From positions 64,001 to 128,000 of the forward strand of contig CAVYTA010000007.1 in NCBI GenBank assembly GCA_963771355.1: a stretch of DNA of 64,000 nucleotides, read 5' to 3'. The stretch is from an uncultured Candidatus Rokubacteria bacterium (lineage in GTDB: Bacteria; Methylomirabilota; Methylomirabilia; Rokubacteriales; CSP1-6). Below the pieces are notes generated by a model that worked only from the letters and a program-made list of their open reading frames with translations, had not been told where the DNA came from and searched no databases. The stretch's first letter is position 1. The number at the start of each line of letters is the position of its first letter. Shown piece after piece: positions 20,835 to 29,994 of this stretch. The translations under genes were made by a program, and so were the position numbers.

Positions 20835-21728
20835 TCAGCTGCCGCGGAGGCGCGGGTCCAGCGTATCGCGGAGGGCGTCGCCCAGGAGATTGGTGCCGAA
20901 GACGGCCAGGCTGATGGCGATGCCGGGATAGATCACCAGCCACGGCGCCTTGGTGGCGTACTCCGCGGCGGCGATCGAGAGCATTCGGCCCCAGGACGGA
21001 AAGGGCTCCGGCACCCCCAGCCCGAGGAACGACAGCGCGGCTTCCGCGAGGATGGCGCCCCCGAGCTGCGCCGTGATGAGCACCACGAAGGGCCCGAAGG
21101 TGTTGGGCAGGATGTGGCGGAAGGCGACCCGCCCGTGGCCTCCCCCGAGAGCGTGGGCGGCCTCGATGTAGATGAACTCGCGGATGGCGAGCACGCTGGC
21201 GCGGACCACGCGTGCGGCCCGCGGCGCAATCACCACCGAGATGGCGATGATGGTATTGGTGAGGGAAGGACCCAGCGCGGCGGCCATCACCAGGGCCAGC
21301 ACGAGGATGGGCAGCGCCTGCATGATGTCCATCAGCCGCTGCGCGACCAGATCCGTCTTCCCGCCGACATAACCGGACACCAGCCCCACCAGCCCGCCCG
21401 TCACCGCGCCCAGGAGCGTGGAGGCGACGCCCACCAGGAGCGAGATGCGGGAGCCGTACACCAACCGGCTCCAGAGGTCGCGCCCGAGATTGTCCGTGCC
21501 CAGCCAGAACTCCGCCCCCGGCGCCACCAGCACCCGGGACGAGGTACGGATGGGATTGTGGGTGGCCAGGACCTCGGCGAGTACGGCGGCGATGATCAGG
21601 ACCAGCATGAGCAGCCCGCCCGCCGCGCCGAGCGGATTCTTCCGCACGAATAGCCAGAGCGCCCCGCCCCAGCCCCGCTCCTCGGGCAGCGCGTTGCGAA
21701 TGGGGACATCCAGGGTGCGGATGGCCAT
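20835..21728 (-). CDS. peptide ABC permease (DppC-like)
   Basis: WLGTDNLGRD, GSRISL, EAALSFLGLG. Confidence 0.9.
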   Translation of the reverse strand: MAIRTLDVPIRNALPEERGWGGALWLFVRKNPLGAAGGLLMLVLIIAAVLAEVLATHNPIRTSSRVLVAPGAEFWLGTDNLGRDLWSRLVYGSRISLLVGVASTLLGAVTGGLVGLVSGYVGGKTDLVAQRLMDIMQALPILVLALVMAAALGPSLTNTIIAISVVIAPRAARVVRASVLAIREFIYIEAAHALGGGHGRVAFRHILPNTFGPFVVLITAQLGGAILAEAALSFLGLGVPEPFPSWGRMLSIAAAEYATKAPWLVIYPGIAISLAVFGTNLLGDALRDTLDPRLRGS

Positions 21729-22684
21729 CAAGCTTTCCCGTACTTGATGCGCGGGTCGAGCCAGGTGTACAGAAGGTCCACGGTGAGATTGGCCATCACC
21801 ACCACCACCGCGATCAGCATGACCAGGTTCTGGACGATGGGGTAGTCGCGCACCTGGATGGCGTCTACCAGATAGCGCGCGATGCCGGGCAGGTTGAACA
21901 CCGTCTCGGTGACGATGAGCCCGCCGATGAGGAAGGCGAACTCGATGCCGATGAGGGTGACGACGGGCAGGGAGGCGTTCTTGAGCGCGTGCCGCCACAC
22001 CACCTGCGTCTCCCGCTGGCCCTTGGCCCATGCCGTCCGGATATAGTCCTCCCGCAGCACCTCCAGCATGGTGGAGCGGGTGATGCGCATGATGAGGGCG
22101 GAGCTGCGATAGCCCACCGCCAGCCCGGGCAAGAGGAACTGGAAGAGGTTCGCGCCCAGGTTCTCGAAGGGGGACACGTAGGTCATGGACGGGATGAGGC
22201 CCAGTGAACGGACCAGGAGCAAGATCACGATCATGCCCAGCCAGAAGGACGGCATCGAGAGGCCGGCGAGCGAGAACACGCGCAGGGCATAGTCCACGGG
22301 TCGCCCTCGCCGGACGGCGCTGATCACGCCCGCCGGCACCCCCAGCAGCACCGAGAATCCCAGCGCGATGACGGCGAGCTCGAGGGTCACGGGCAGGCGC
22401 GGTTTGATGACTTCCCACGCGGGCAGATCGTAGCGGTAGGACTTGCCGAGGTCGCCGCGCAAGAACTCGCCGAGCCAGCGCACGTACTGGACCGGCACCG
22501 GCTTGTCGATGCCCAGCTCCGCCTCCAGCTTCCGGCGGTCCGCCTCGTCCACGTAGCCCGCCGACTCGAAGATCATGTCGGTGATATTGCCCGGAGCCAG
22601 GCGCATGAGGACGAAGATGAGGATGGACATCCCCAGGAGGGTGACGCCCGCGATCACCAGACGCTTGAAGATGTAGACCCGCAT
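21728..22684 (-). CDS. peptide ABC permease (DppB-like)
   Basis: GDLGKS, DYIRTAWAKG, RDYPIVQ. Confidence 0.92.
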   Translation of the reverse strand: MRVYIFKRLVIAGVTLLGMSILIFVLMRLAPGNITDMIFESAGYVDEADRRKLEAELGIDKPVPVQYVRWLGEFLRGDLGKSYRYDLPAWEVIKPRLPVTLELAVIALGFSVLLGVPAGVISAVRRGRPVDYALRVFSLAGLSMPSFWLGMIVILLLVRSLGLIPSMTYVSPFENLGANLFQFLLPGLAVGYRSSALIMRITRSTMLEVLREDYIRTAWAKGQRETQVVWRHALKNASLPVVTLIGIEFAFLIGGLIVTETVFNLPGIARYLVDAIQVRDYPIVQNLVMLIAVVVVMANLTVDLLYTWLDPRIKYGKA

Positions 22685-22706
22685 GGCGCGCCGCGCCCCG
22701 CCCGCG

Positions 22707-24325
22707 CTACTTGTCCAGCCAGACGTCCTGGCGCCGGCTGATGTTGTAGATGGAGTTCTCGTGGGTAACCCAGTTCTTCACGTGCGGCCAGAGTACCCAG
22801 TGCTGCTTGCCCCAGCCCAGGATCGGCCGCGCTCCGTCCACCTGGAGCTTGCGGTCGATCTCGTTGACCAGAGCCAGCCGCTTCTTCGGGTCCGTCGTCT
22901 GCGACTGCTCGAGCATGAGCCGGTCGATCTCCTCCGAGCAGTAGCCGGAGAAGTTCCGCTGCGAGCCGCAGCGGTAGTTCTCGAAGAGCTGGGCGTCGGG
23001 ATCGTCGATGCCGACGCCGGTGAGGTTCAGCGCGACCGAGTACTCGAGTCGGGTCATCTTCGGGTGCCAGACCCCGGTCTCGATCTGCTCGAGGGTGGTC
23101 TCGATGCCCACCTGCTGGAGCTGGTCCACCATCCAGCTCGCGGTGTCCACGTAGATGGGCAGCGCCCGGGTCGAGAGCGTGAACTTCAGCGGGTTGCTGG
23201 GCCCGTAGCCCGCTTCGGCGAGGAGCTTGCGGGCCTCCGCCTTCTGCTTGGCCGGGTCGCCCATGCCGGCCAGCTTGGCGACCTCGGCGGCGGGCAGCCC
23301 CCACACCCCGGCCGGGCGCGGCAGCAAGGCGCCGCCGAAGGTGGCCGCTCCTTGCCGCGGCCCCACCAGATAGGCCTTGCGGTCCAGCGCCAGGTTGATG
23401 GCCTGCCGGATCCGTCGGTCGTTGAACGGCGGCTTCTTGAAGTTGATGAGGATGTTGTCGTTGACGTTGCTGTCGGTCTCGACCACGAGGAGCTTCGGCG
23501 CGCCGCCCTTTGCGTCTTCCGCGTTGGTGCGGTTCCAGCCGGTGCCGGCGACATCGAGTTGCCCGGATTGCACCGCGGCGATCTGGGTCGAGCGGTCGCG
23601 GATCACGATGAACTTGAGCCCGTCGAGGTAGGGCCGCCCCTTGACGAAGTAGTCGGGGTTCTTCACGTACTCGACGTACTCGCCCGGCTTGCTCTCCTTG
23701 AGCTTGAAGGGCCCCGTGCCGATGCACTTGTTCTTGAACTCCGCCAGCGGCACGTGCGCCGGATAGACGGGCGAGTAACCCGAGGCCAGCATGGGAAGGA
23801 GCGAGGGCTGCGGTTTCTTGAGGCGGAAGACCACGGTGTAAGGGTCCGGCGCCTCGATGGCGTCCACGTTCTCGTACCAGAGCTTGCGCGGGTTCACCTT
23901 GAGCTTCGCCTTCGCGTCGGCCGCCCCCCGCACCGCGTCGAAGGTGTACTTCACGTCCGCCGACGTGAAGGGCTTGCCGTCGTGCCACTTCACGTCCTTT
24001 CGCAGGAAGAAGACGAGGTTGCGATGCCCGTCCTGCCATGACCACCGCTCGGCCAGCTCGGGGATGATGGTGTCCACGCTCTCCTGCTTCTTCGCCGGGT
24101 CGTAGTAGATGAGATTGTTGAAGCAGGGGCTGGCCTGCTGGGTGGTCGCGACGGTGGACTCCTCGTGGGGCGAGAAGCTCGGCGTCGCGGACAGCGGGTG
24201 AGTGACGAGCACCCCGCCGTATTTGGGCGTCGGCGCCGACGGCGTCTGCGCCAGCGCGGCGCGCCCGGCCAGGCAAGGAGGACCAGCAGCGAAACCAAGG
24301 GGACGAGCGGTCGCGAACTTTTCAT
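22707..24325 (-). CDS. peptide ABC substrate-binding protein (frameshift near 24262)
   Basis: Signal MKSSRPLVPLVSLLVLLAWPG with GGAGG RBS in one frame, mature SBP_bac_5 domain (KWHDGKPFTSADV, IGTGPF) in another. Confidence 0.85.
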
Positions 24326-24529
24326 GGCGACCTCCGCGGGAGCGGAACGGTTCGACGTCGGACCGGCATGTGGTGGGGGAGTCTATCTGACGGGGATGCC
24401 GCTGGCAAGGGCTCCGCGAAGGCGCGAGGCTCCCAAGAATCATGGCGCGTCGCGTCTAGCCAACGGGCCTGCCTGCACCTTAAGGTTGGGCGCCGCCGGC
24501 GCATCCAGCACCGGGGAAGGAGGACGTCA

Positions 24530-25981
24530 ATGGGGACCTTCAACCGCATGTACGTCAACGGGGAGTGGATCGGGGCCGCCGGCGGAGCCGAGTTCGAGGT
24601 GCGCGACCCCGCCACGGGACAGGTGGTGGGCTCGGTCCCCGACGGCGGCGCCGCCGAGACGCAGATGGCCCTCGACGCGGCGGCGGCCGCCTTCCCGCGC
24701 TGGTCGGCGACGCCCGCCAAGGACCGCGGCGTCATCCTCAATCGCATCGGAGCCGGGATGGAGTCGAAGCGCGACGACATCGCGCGCCTCATCGTCCAGG
24801 AGAACGGCAAGCCGTTCGAGGAGGCGAAGAAGGAAGTCGCCTTCGCGCTGGGCTACTTCGCCTGGTTCGCCGAGGAGTCCCGTCGCCTCGGCGGCCAGTG
24901 GGTGCCCTCGCCGATGCCCGGCAAGCGGCTCTGGGTCTTCCACCAGCCGGTGGGGCCGGTCGCCGCCATCACGCCCTGGAACTTTCCCTCCACCATGGTG
25001 ACCCGCAAGATCGCGCCCGCGCTCGCCGCCGGCTGCCCGGTGGTGCTCAAGCCCGCCTCGGCCACGCCGCTCACCGCGCTGGCCCTGGCCGAGATTTGCC
25101 ACGAGGCGGGGCTGCCGGCCGGCGTCTTCAACGTGGTGACGAGCAAGCGCTCGTCGGTGGTGGCGGAGGCAATCCTCGCCGACGCGCGCATCCGCAAGAT
25201 CGGCTTCACCGGCTCCACCGAGGTGGGCAAGTGGATCATGGAGCGCGCGGCCAAGCAGCTCAAGCGCCTGTCCTTCGAGCTCGGCGGCAACGCGCCCTTC
25301 ATCGTCTTCGACGACGCCGACCTCGACGCGGCGGTCGAGGGCGCGGTGGCCATCAAGTTCCTGCGCGTGGGCGGCCAGTCCTGCATCTGCGCCAACCGGA
25401 TCTACGTGCAGCAGGGCATCGCGGGACGCTTCATCCCCGCGTTCACGGAGGCGGTGAAGAAGCTCGTGGTCGCGCCCGGATTCGAGCCCGGGGCCCAGGT
25501 GGGCCCGCTCATCAACGCGGCGGCGCGCGAGAGCGTGCACGCCCTGGTCGAGGACGCCGTGCGCCGCGGGGCGCGGGTGGCCGCCGGCGGCGGTCCGCTC
25601 ACGGAGGGGCCGCTCGCGCGCGGGTACTTCTACGCGCCCACCGTGCTGCTGGACGTCACCGACGACATGCGCGTCTGCCAGGAAGAGATCTTCGGCCCGG
25701 TGGCCCCGGTCGCCACGTTCGCGAGCGAGGACGAGGTGGTGCGCCGCGCCAACGACACCAGCTTCGGGCTGGCCGCCTACTTCTACACGCGGGACATGGC
25801 CCGGCTCGTCCGCGTGTCCGAGCGGCTGGAGTACGGGCTGGTGGGCGCCAATGACGCCGCCGGGTACACCCACGAGATCCCGTTCGGCGGATTCAAGGAG
25901 AGCGGGCTCGGTCGGGAAGGCGGCCACGACGGCCTCGAGGAGTACATGGAGGTGAAGTCCGTCGTGGTGAATCTCGCCTGA
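24530..25981 (+). CDS. NAD(P)-dependent succinate-semialdehyde dehydrogenase-like aldehyde dehydrogenase
   Basis: ITPWNFP, FTGSTEVG, ELGGNAP, GQSCIC, EEIFGP. Confidence 0.92.
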   Translation: MGTFNRMYVNGEWIGAAGGAEFEVRDPATGQVVGSVPDGGAAETQMALDAAAAAFPRWSATPAKDRGVILNRIGAGMESKRDDIARLIVQENGKPFEEAKKEVAFALGYFAWFAEESRRLGGQWVPSPMPGKRLWVFHQPVGPVAAITPWNFPSTMVTRKIAPALAAGCPVVLKPASATPLTALALAEICHEAGLPAGVFNVVTSKRSSVVAEAILADARIRKIGFTGSTEVGKWIMERAAKQLKRLSFELGGNAPFIVFDDADLDAAVEGAVAIKFLRVGGQSCICANRIYVQQGIAGRFIPAFTEAVKKLVVAPGFEPGAQVGPLINAAARESVHALVEDAVRRGARVAAGGGPLTEGPLARGYFYAPTVLLDVTDDMRVCQEEIFGPVAPVATFASEDEVVRRANDTSFGLAAYFYTRDMARLVRVSERLEYGLVGANDAAGYTHEIPFGGFKESGLGREGGHDGLEEYMEVKSVVVNLA

Positions 25982-26018
25982 GGTGGTTCACGCGGACTCC
26001 AGTTCAGGAGGATGCTCA

Positions 26019-27050
26019 ATGACGCGGAACATGCTCGCCGGCTTCGCGGTCGCGCTCCTGTACCTCGCGCCGGCCGCCCCCGTCACCGCTCAGGAGGTCA
26101 TCAAGCTCAAGGTCTCCCACTTCGTCCCCGCCGCCCACAACCACCACGTCTCGGTGCTCGCGCCGTGGGTGGAGGAAGTGAAGAAGCGGACGAACGGCCG
26201 GGTGGAGCTGACGATCTTCCCCGGGGCCTCGCTCTGCAAGCCGCCGCAGCAGTACGACTGCGCGCGCGACGGCATCACCGACATCGCCTTCGGGGTCACC
26301 GGCTGGAGCCCGGGACGCTTTCCGCGCACCTCGGTGATCGAGCTGCCCTTCATGATGCACACTGCGGCCACCGGCTCGCAGATGCTGGCCGACCTCTGGG
26401 ACAAGTACTTGAAGGAAGAGTACGGGGACGTCCACGTGCTCTACATGAACGTCCATCCGGGCGGGCACATCCACACCTCCACCAAGCCCGTTCGCGCGCT
26501 GGAGGACTTGAAGGGGCTGAAAATCCGCACGCCGACCGCGACCATCGGTGACCTGCTCGAGACGCTGGGGGCGGTGAAGGTCGGCATGCCGGTGAACCAG
26601 ATCTATGAGTCGATGTCCACCAAGGTCATCGACGGCTTCGTGGTGCCGTACGAAGTGTTCCCGCCGCTGAAGCTGTTCGAGGTGTCGAAGTACCACACGG
26701 AGGTCGGCATGTACACGACGGCCTTCGCGACCTTCATGAACAAGAAGAAGTACGAGTCGCTGCCCGCCGACGTGCGCCGGGTGCTCGACGAGACGACGAG
26801 CGCGAAGGCCGGCTACTGGAAGAGCGTGGGCGCGCGGTGGGACGCCGCCGAGGCGCCGGGCCGCAAAGCGATCCTGGACCGCAAGAACGAGATCTACGTG
26901 GTGTCAAAGGAGGATCGCAAGAAGTGGCGCGACGCCACCCGCGGCCTCGACGACAAGTGGGTGGCCGAGATGGAGAAGAAGGGACAGCCGGGGAAGGCGC
27001 TGCTGAAGGAGGCGCGCGACCTCGCCGCGAAGTACGGCGAAGCCGACTAG
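26019..27050 (+). CDS. dctP: TRAP transporter substrate-binding protein
   Basis: Signal peptide; EDLKGLKIRT; upstream of small and large TRAP permeases. Confidence 0.9.
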   Translation: MTRNMLAGFAVALLYLAPAAPVTAQEVIKLKVSHFVPAAHNHHVSVLAPWVEEVKKRTNGRVELTIFPGASLCKPPQQYDCARDGITDIAFGVTGWSPGRFPRTSVIELPFMMHTAATGSQMLADLWDKYLKEEYGDVHVLYMNVHPGGHIHTSTKPVRALEDLKGLKIRTPTATIGDLLETLGAVKVGMPVNQIYESMSTKVIDGFVVPYEVFPPLKLFEVSKYHTEVGMYTTAFATFMNKKKYESLPADVRRVLDETTSAKAGYWKSVGARWDAAEAPGRKAILDRKNEIYVVSKEDRKKWRDATRGLDDKWVAEMEKKGQPGKALLKEARDLAAKYGEAD

Positions 27051-27051
27051 G

Positions 27052-27585
27052 GTGTCGCTCCTCGCCCTCGAGCGAGCCGCCGTGGCCTCGACCCGGCGGC
27101 TCGCGCTGTTTGCGGGCTGGCTGCTGCTCGGCCTCTCGTTCGCCACCGTGCTCGACGCGCTGCTGCGGTACCTCTGGGGCCGGCCGATCCACGGGGCGTT
27201 CGAGGCGACCGAACTGCTGCTGGCCGGCATCATCTTCCTGGGCCTGCCGCACGCCAACATCACCGACGGCCACGTCTCGGTGGACCTCCTCACGCAGCGC
27301 TTTTCTCCCCGCGCCCAGCACGCGCTCATCGCCGCCAATGCCGTGCTCTCCGCGGCTCTGCTCGCCCTCATCACGATCGAGATGGCGCGGCTGGCGGCGG
27401 AGTTCTACGCGACGAGCCGGACCACGATCACCGCCCGGATCCCGATCTTCCCCTTCATCGTTCCGGTGACGGCGGCCGGCGGCCTCGCCGTGCTGGGCTT
27501 TCTGGCGCAGGCCGCGGGCGCGCTGGCGCGGGCGTTGCGAGGGGGGCTCCCGCCGCTGCCGGGGGCGGCCGGGCCACCGTCGTGA
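27052..27585 (+). CDS. dctQ: TRAP small permease
   Basis: 4 TM, GHVSVDLL. Confidence 0.85.
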   Translation: MSLLALERAAVASTRRLALFAGWLLLGLSFATVLDALLRYLWGRPIHGAFEATELLLAGIIFLGLPHANITDGHVSVDLLTQRFSPRAQHALIAANAVLSAALLALITIEMARLAAEFYATSRTTITARIPIFPFIVPVTAAGGLAVLGFLAQAAGALARALRGGLPPLPGAAGPPS

Positions 27586-28883
27586 GCGAGATGGCCGTCG
27601 CCACCCTCGGGTTTGCGGTGCTGCTGGCCCTCATCCTGTTGCGCGTGCCGATCGCGGTCGCGATGGCGCTGGTCGGTGTCGGCGGGACCGCGTGGCTGTC
27701 GGGGTGGCCGGCGGCGCTCGCCGTCCTACGCCTGGGGCCGTTCGAGCGGGCCTCGTCCTACACGCTCGTGGTGATCCCGCTGTTCGTCCTCATGGGCTAT
27801 CTCTCGGCGCGCGCCGGACTGAGCCAGAGCCTGTTCCGCGCCGCCAACGCGTGGCTGGGCCACTGGCGCGGCGGCCTCGCCATGGCGACGGTGGCCGGGT
27901 GCGCCGGGTTCGGCGCCATCTGCGGCTCCTCGGTGGCGACCGGCGCCACCATGTGCTCGGTCGCGCTCCCCGAGATGCGCCGCTACCGCTACGCCGACAG
28001 CCTCTCCACCGGCTCCATCGCGGCGGGGGGGACCCTCGGCATCATGATTCCCCCCTCGATCATTTTCGTCATCTACGGGATCATGACGGAGCAGTCGATC
28101 GGCAAGCTGCTCATGTCCGGAGTCCTGCCGGGGATCGTGGAGACGCTCCTTTTCGTCGGCGCCATTGCGGTGGTCACGGCGTGGTCGCCGGCGCTCGGCG
28201 CGGCCGGCCCTCGTGCGACCCTGCGTGAGCGGCTGCTCGCGCTGCGCGACATCTGGGAAGTCGGCGTGCTCTTCCTCATCGTCATCGGCGGCATCTACGG
28301 CGGGCTCGCCACCCCCGTCGAGTCGGCGGCGTTCGGCGCGGTGGGCGCGCTCCTCTTCGGCCTCGCCAAGCAAACCCTGACCTTCCGCGGGCTGCTGGAC
28401 GCGCTGGAGGAGACGATCCGCACGACTGCCATGGTTTTCTTCATCGTGATCGGCGCGGACCTCTTCGGCTACTTCATGGCGCTGTCGCAGATGCCCATGC
28501 GCCTGGCGGCATGGCTCGGCGCGATGCAGGTGGCGCCGGTGATCGTGCTGTGGGCGATCATCCTGACCTACATCGTCCTGGGCGCGCTGATGGACGAGCT
28601 GGCGATGATCCTGCTCACGGTGCCGATCTTCTTTCCGGTGGTGACGGCGATCGGGTACGACCCCATCTGGTTCGGCGTCGTCATCGTGGTGGTGGTGCAG
28701 ATCGGCCTCGTCGCTCCGCCGGTGGGGCTGAACGTGTTCGTCATCGGCGGCATGGCGCGCGACGTCCCGCTCGCCACCATTTACCGCGGGGTCATGCCGT
28801 TTCTGGTCGCGATGATCGTCCTGCTCGTCATCTTGACACTCTGGCCCGGTCTGGCGCTGCTGCTGCCGAACCAGATGCGATAG
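27582..28883 (+). CDS. dctM: TRAP large permease
   Basis: GSSVAT, GGTLGIMIPPS, PPVGLNVF. Confidence 0.92.
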   Translation: MSEMAVATLGFAVLLALILLRVPIAVAMALVGVGGTAWLSGWPAALAVLRLGPFERASSYTLVVIPLFVLMGYLSARAGLSQSLFRAANAWLGHWRGGLAMATVAGCAGFGAICGSSVATGATMCSVALPEMRRYRYADSLSTGSIAAGGTLGIMIPPSIIFVIYGIMTEQSIGKLLMSGVLPGIVETLLFVGAIAVVTAWSPALGAAGPRATLRERLLALRDIWEVGVLFLIVIGGIYGGLATPVESAAFGAVGALLFGLAKQTLTFRGLLDALEETIRTTAMVFFIVIGADLFGYFMALSQMPMRLAAWLGAMQVAPVIVLWAIILTYIVLGALMDELAMILLTVPIFFPVVTAIGYDPIWFGVVIVVVVQIGLVAPPVGLNVFVIGGMARDVPLATIYRGVMPFLVAMIVLLVILTLWPGLALLLPNQMR

Positions 28884-29005
28884 CGGGGGAGGTTGGAGGA
28901 GACAATGGCGAACGCGGCGGGCGACCCGGTGGCACGGTACAAGGCACCGACTCGGTGGACAAGAGAGAGCACGCCCCCGGCCGGGACTGACCCTCCCGGC
29001 GCGTG

Positions 29006-29746
29006 TCAGTCGATGCGGCGGGACTTGACGACGTTCGGCCGAAAGGATGGCTGGGCCATCGTCCCACAGTTGGGCGTCAGGAACTTCACGTCCTTCGTTT
29101 CGTTCGGCTTCAAGACGACGTTCTGGCTCCTCGAGAGTTGATCCTCGGAGCAATCCAATGAGCGAACCGCGCCTTGCCAGGTCTGTGTCTGCACGTTCTT
29201 GATCTGAAACAGCGCGTCCACGTTGGTCTTGTTTTGCGGGTTCAGGCCCCAACGATACCGGTATTGGACTCCCTCGCCGCGAGTCCACTTCGACCACTCG
29301 CCGGTCCGGTACGCAGCGGCCGGCGAGGCCGGGGCGGCCGGCGGGGCGGTTGGTGGCGCGGCTGGCGGGGCGGTCGGCGGGATGGCCGGCGCCGCGGACG
29401 CGCGGCGGGCGGCCGCCGCGCGGTTGTCGGCGGCCGTCTGGGCGCGCGTCTCGGGCGTCACGCAGACCACATCGTCAGGGCGCGCCTCCCTCCACACATA
29501 CCCGCCCACGCAGGTGTTCGGCCCGTACGCCCCTCCGCCCGGCTGGCGCCGGGCGCCCGCTTGGGCATTGTCCTCGGCGGCTTGCTGGCGGATCGCCGGG
29601 GTGACGCAGACGTGGTCGCCGGGGACGGCCTCGCGCCAGACATAGCCTTGGCGGCAAGCATCCGACGGAGGCGACTGGGCACGGGTGGTGGCGGCAAGAC
29701 CACAAACGAGCCCCGCGACGAGGAGGCCGGCTGTCATTCGGGTCAT
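29006..29746 (-). CDS. secreted protein with two Cys-bridged GYVWREA repeats, Pro/Ala linker and C-terminal beta domain
   Basis: Signal peptide; C.xGYVWREA.P.D.VCVTP..R.Q.A.DN twice; GGAG RBS. Confidence 0.8.
   Translation of the reverse strand: MTRMTAGLLVAGLVCGLAATTRAQSPPSDACRQGYVWREAVPGDHVCVTPAIRQQAAEDNAQAGARRQPGGGAYGPNTCVGGYVWREARPDDVVCVTPETRAQTAADNRAAAARRASAAPAIPPTAPPAAPPTAPPAAPASPAAAYRTGEWSKWTRGEGVQYRYRWGLNPQNKTNVDALFQIKNVQTQTWQGAVRSLDCSEDQLSRSQNVVLKPNETKDVKFLTPNCGTMAQPSFRPNVVKSRRID
29423..29656 (-). repeat. intragenic duplicated 30-aa module
   Basis: Residues 31-60 and 79-108 of the 29006-29746 protein. Confidence 0.8.
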
Positions 29747-29766
29747 GGGTTCTCCGTGAGGAGGCG

Positions 29767-29991
29767 CTACTCGCGAAAGACGACGCGCCAGCCGGTGTCG
29801 CCGATCTCGATGCGCTCGACGCGCACGATGGCGAGCGGCTTCCAGGGTGCGGCGAGCAGCGTCGCGAGCGCGGCGTTCTTCCCCGCATTGGTCGTCTGAG
29901 TGTCGGGCTCGAAGAGCGACGTCTCCACAAACGGGGCCGCCGCCGGGCTCGCCGCCGCCGCGGCCCGCTTCCTCGACCTGGGCTTGCCCAT
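29767..29991 (-). CDS. 74-aa hypothetical protein with basic N-terminus
   Basis: ATG 3 nt after upstream stop, GAGGG RBS, fills the gap in the operon. Confidence 0.6.
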   Translation of the reverse strand: MGKPRSRKRAAAAASPAAAPFVETSLFEPDTQTTNAGKNAALATLLAAPWKPLAIVRVERIEIGDTGWRVVFRE

Positions 29992-29994
29992 CGT

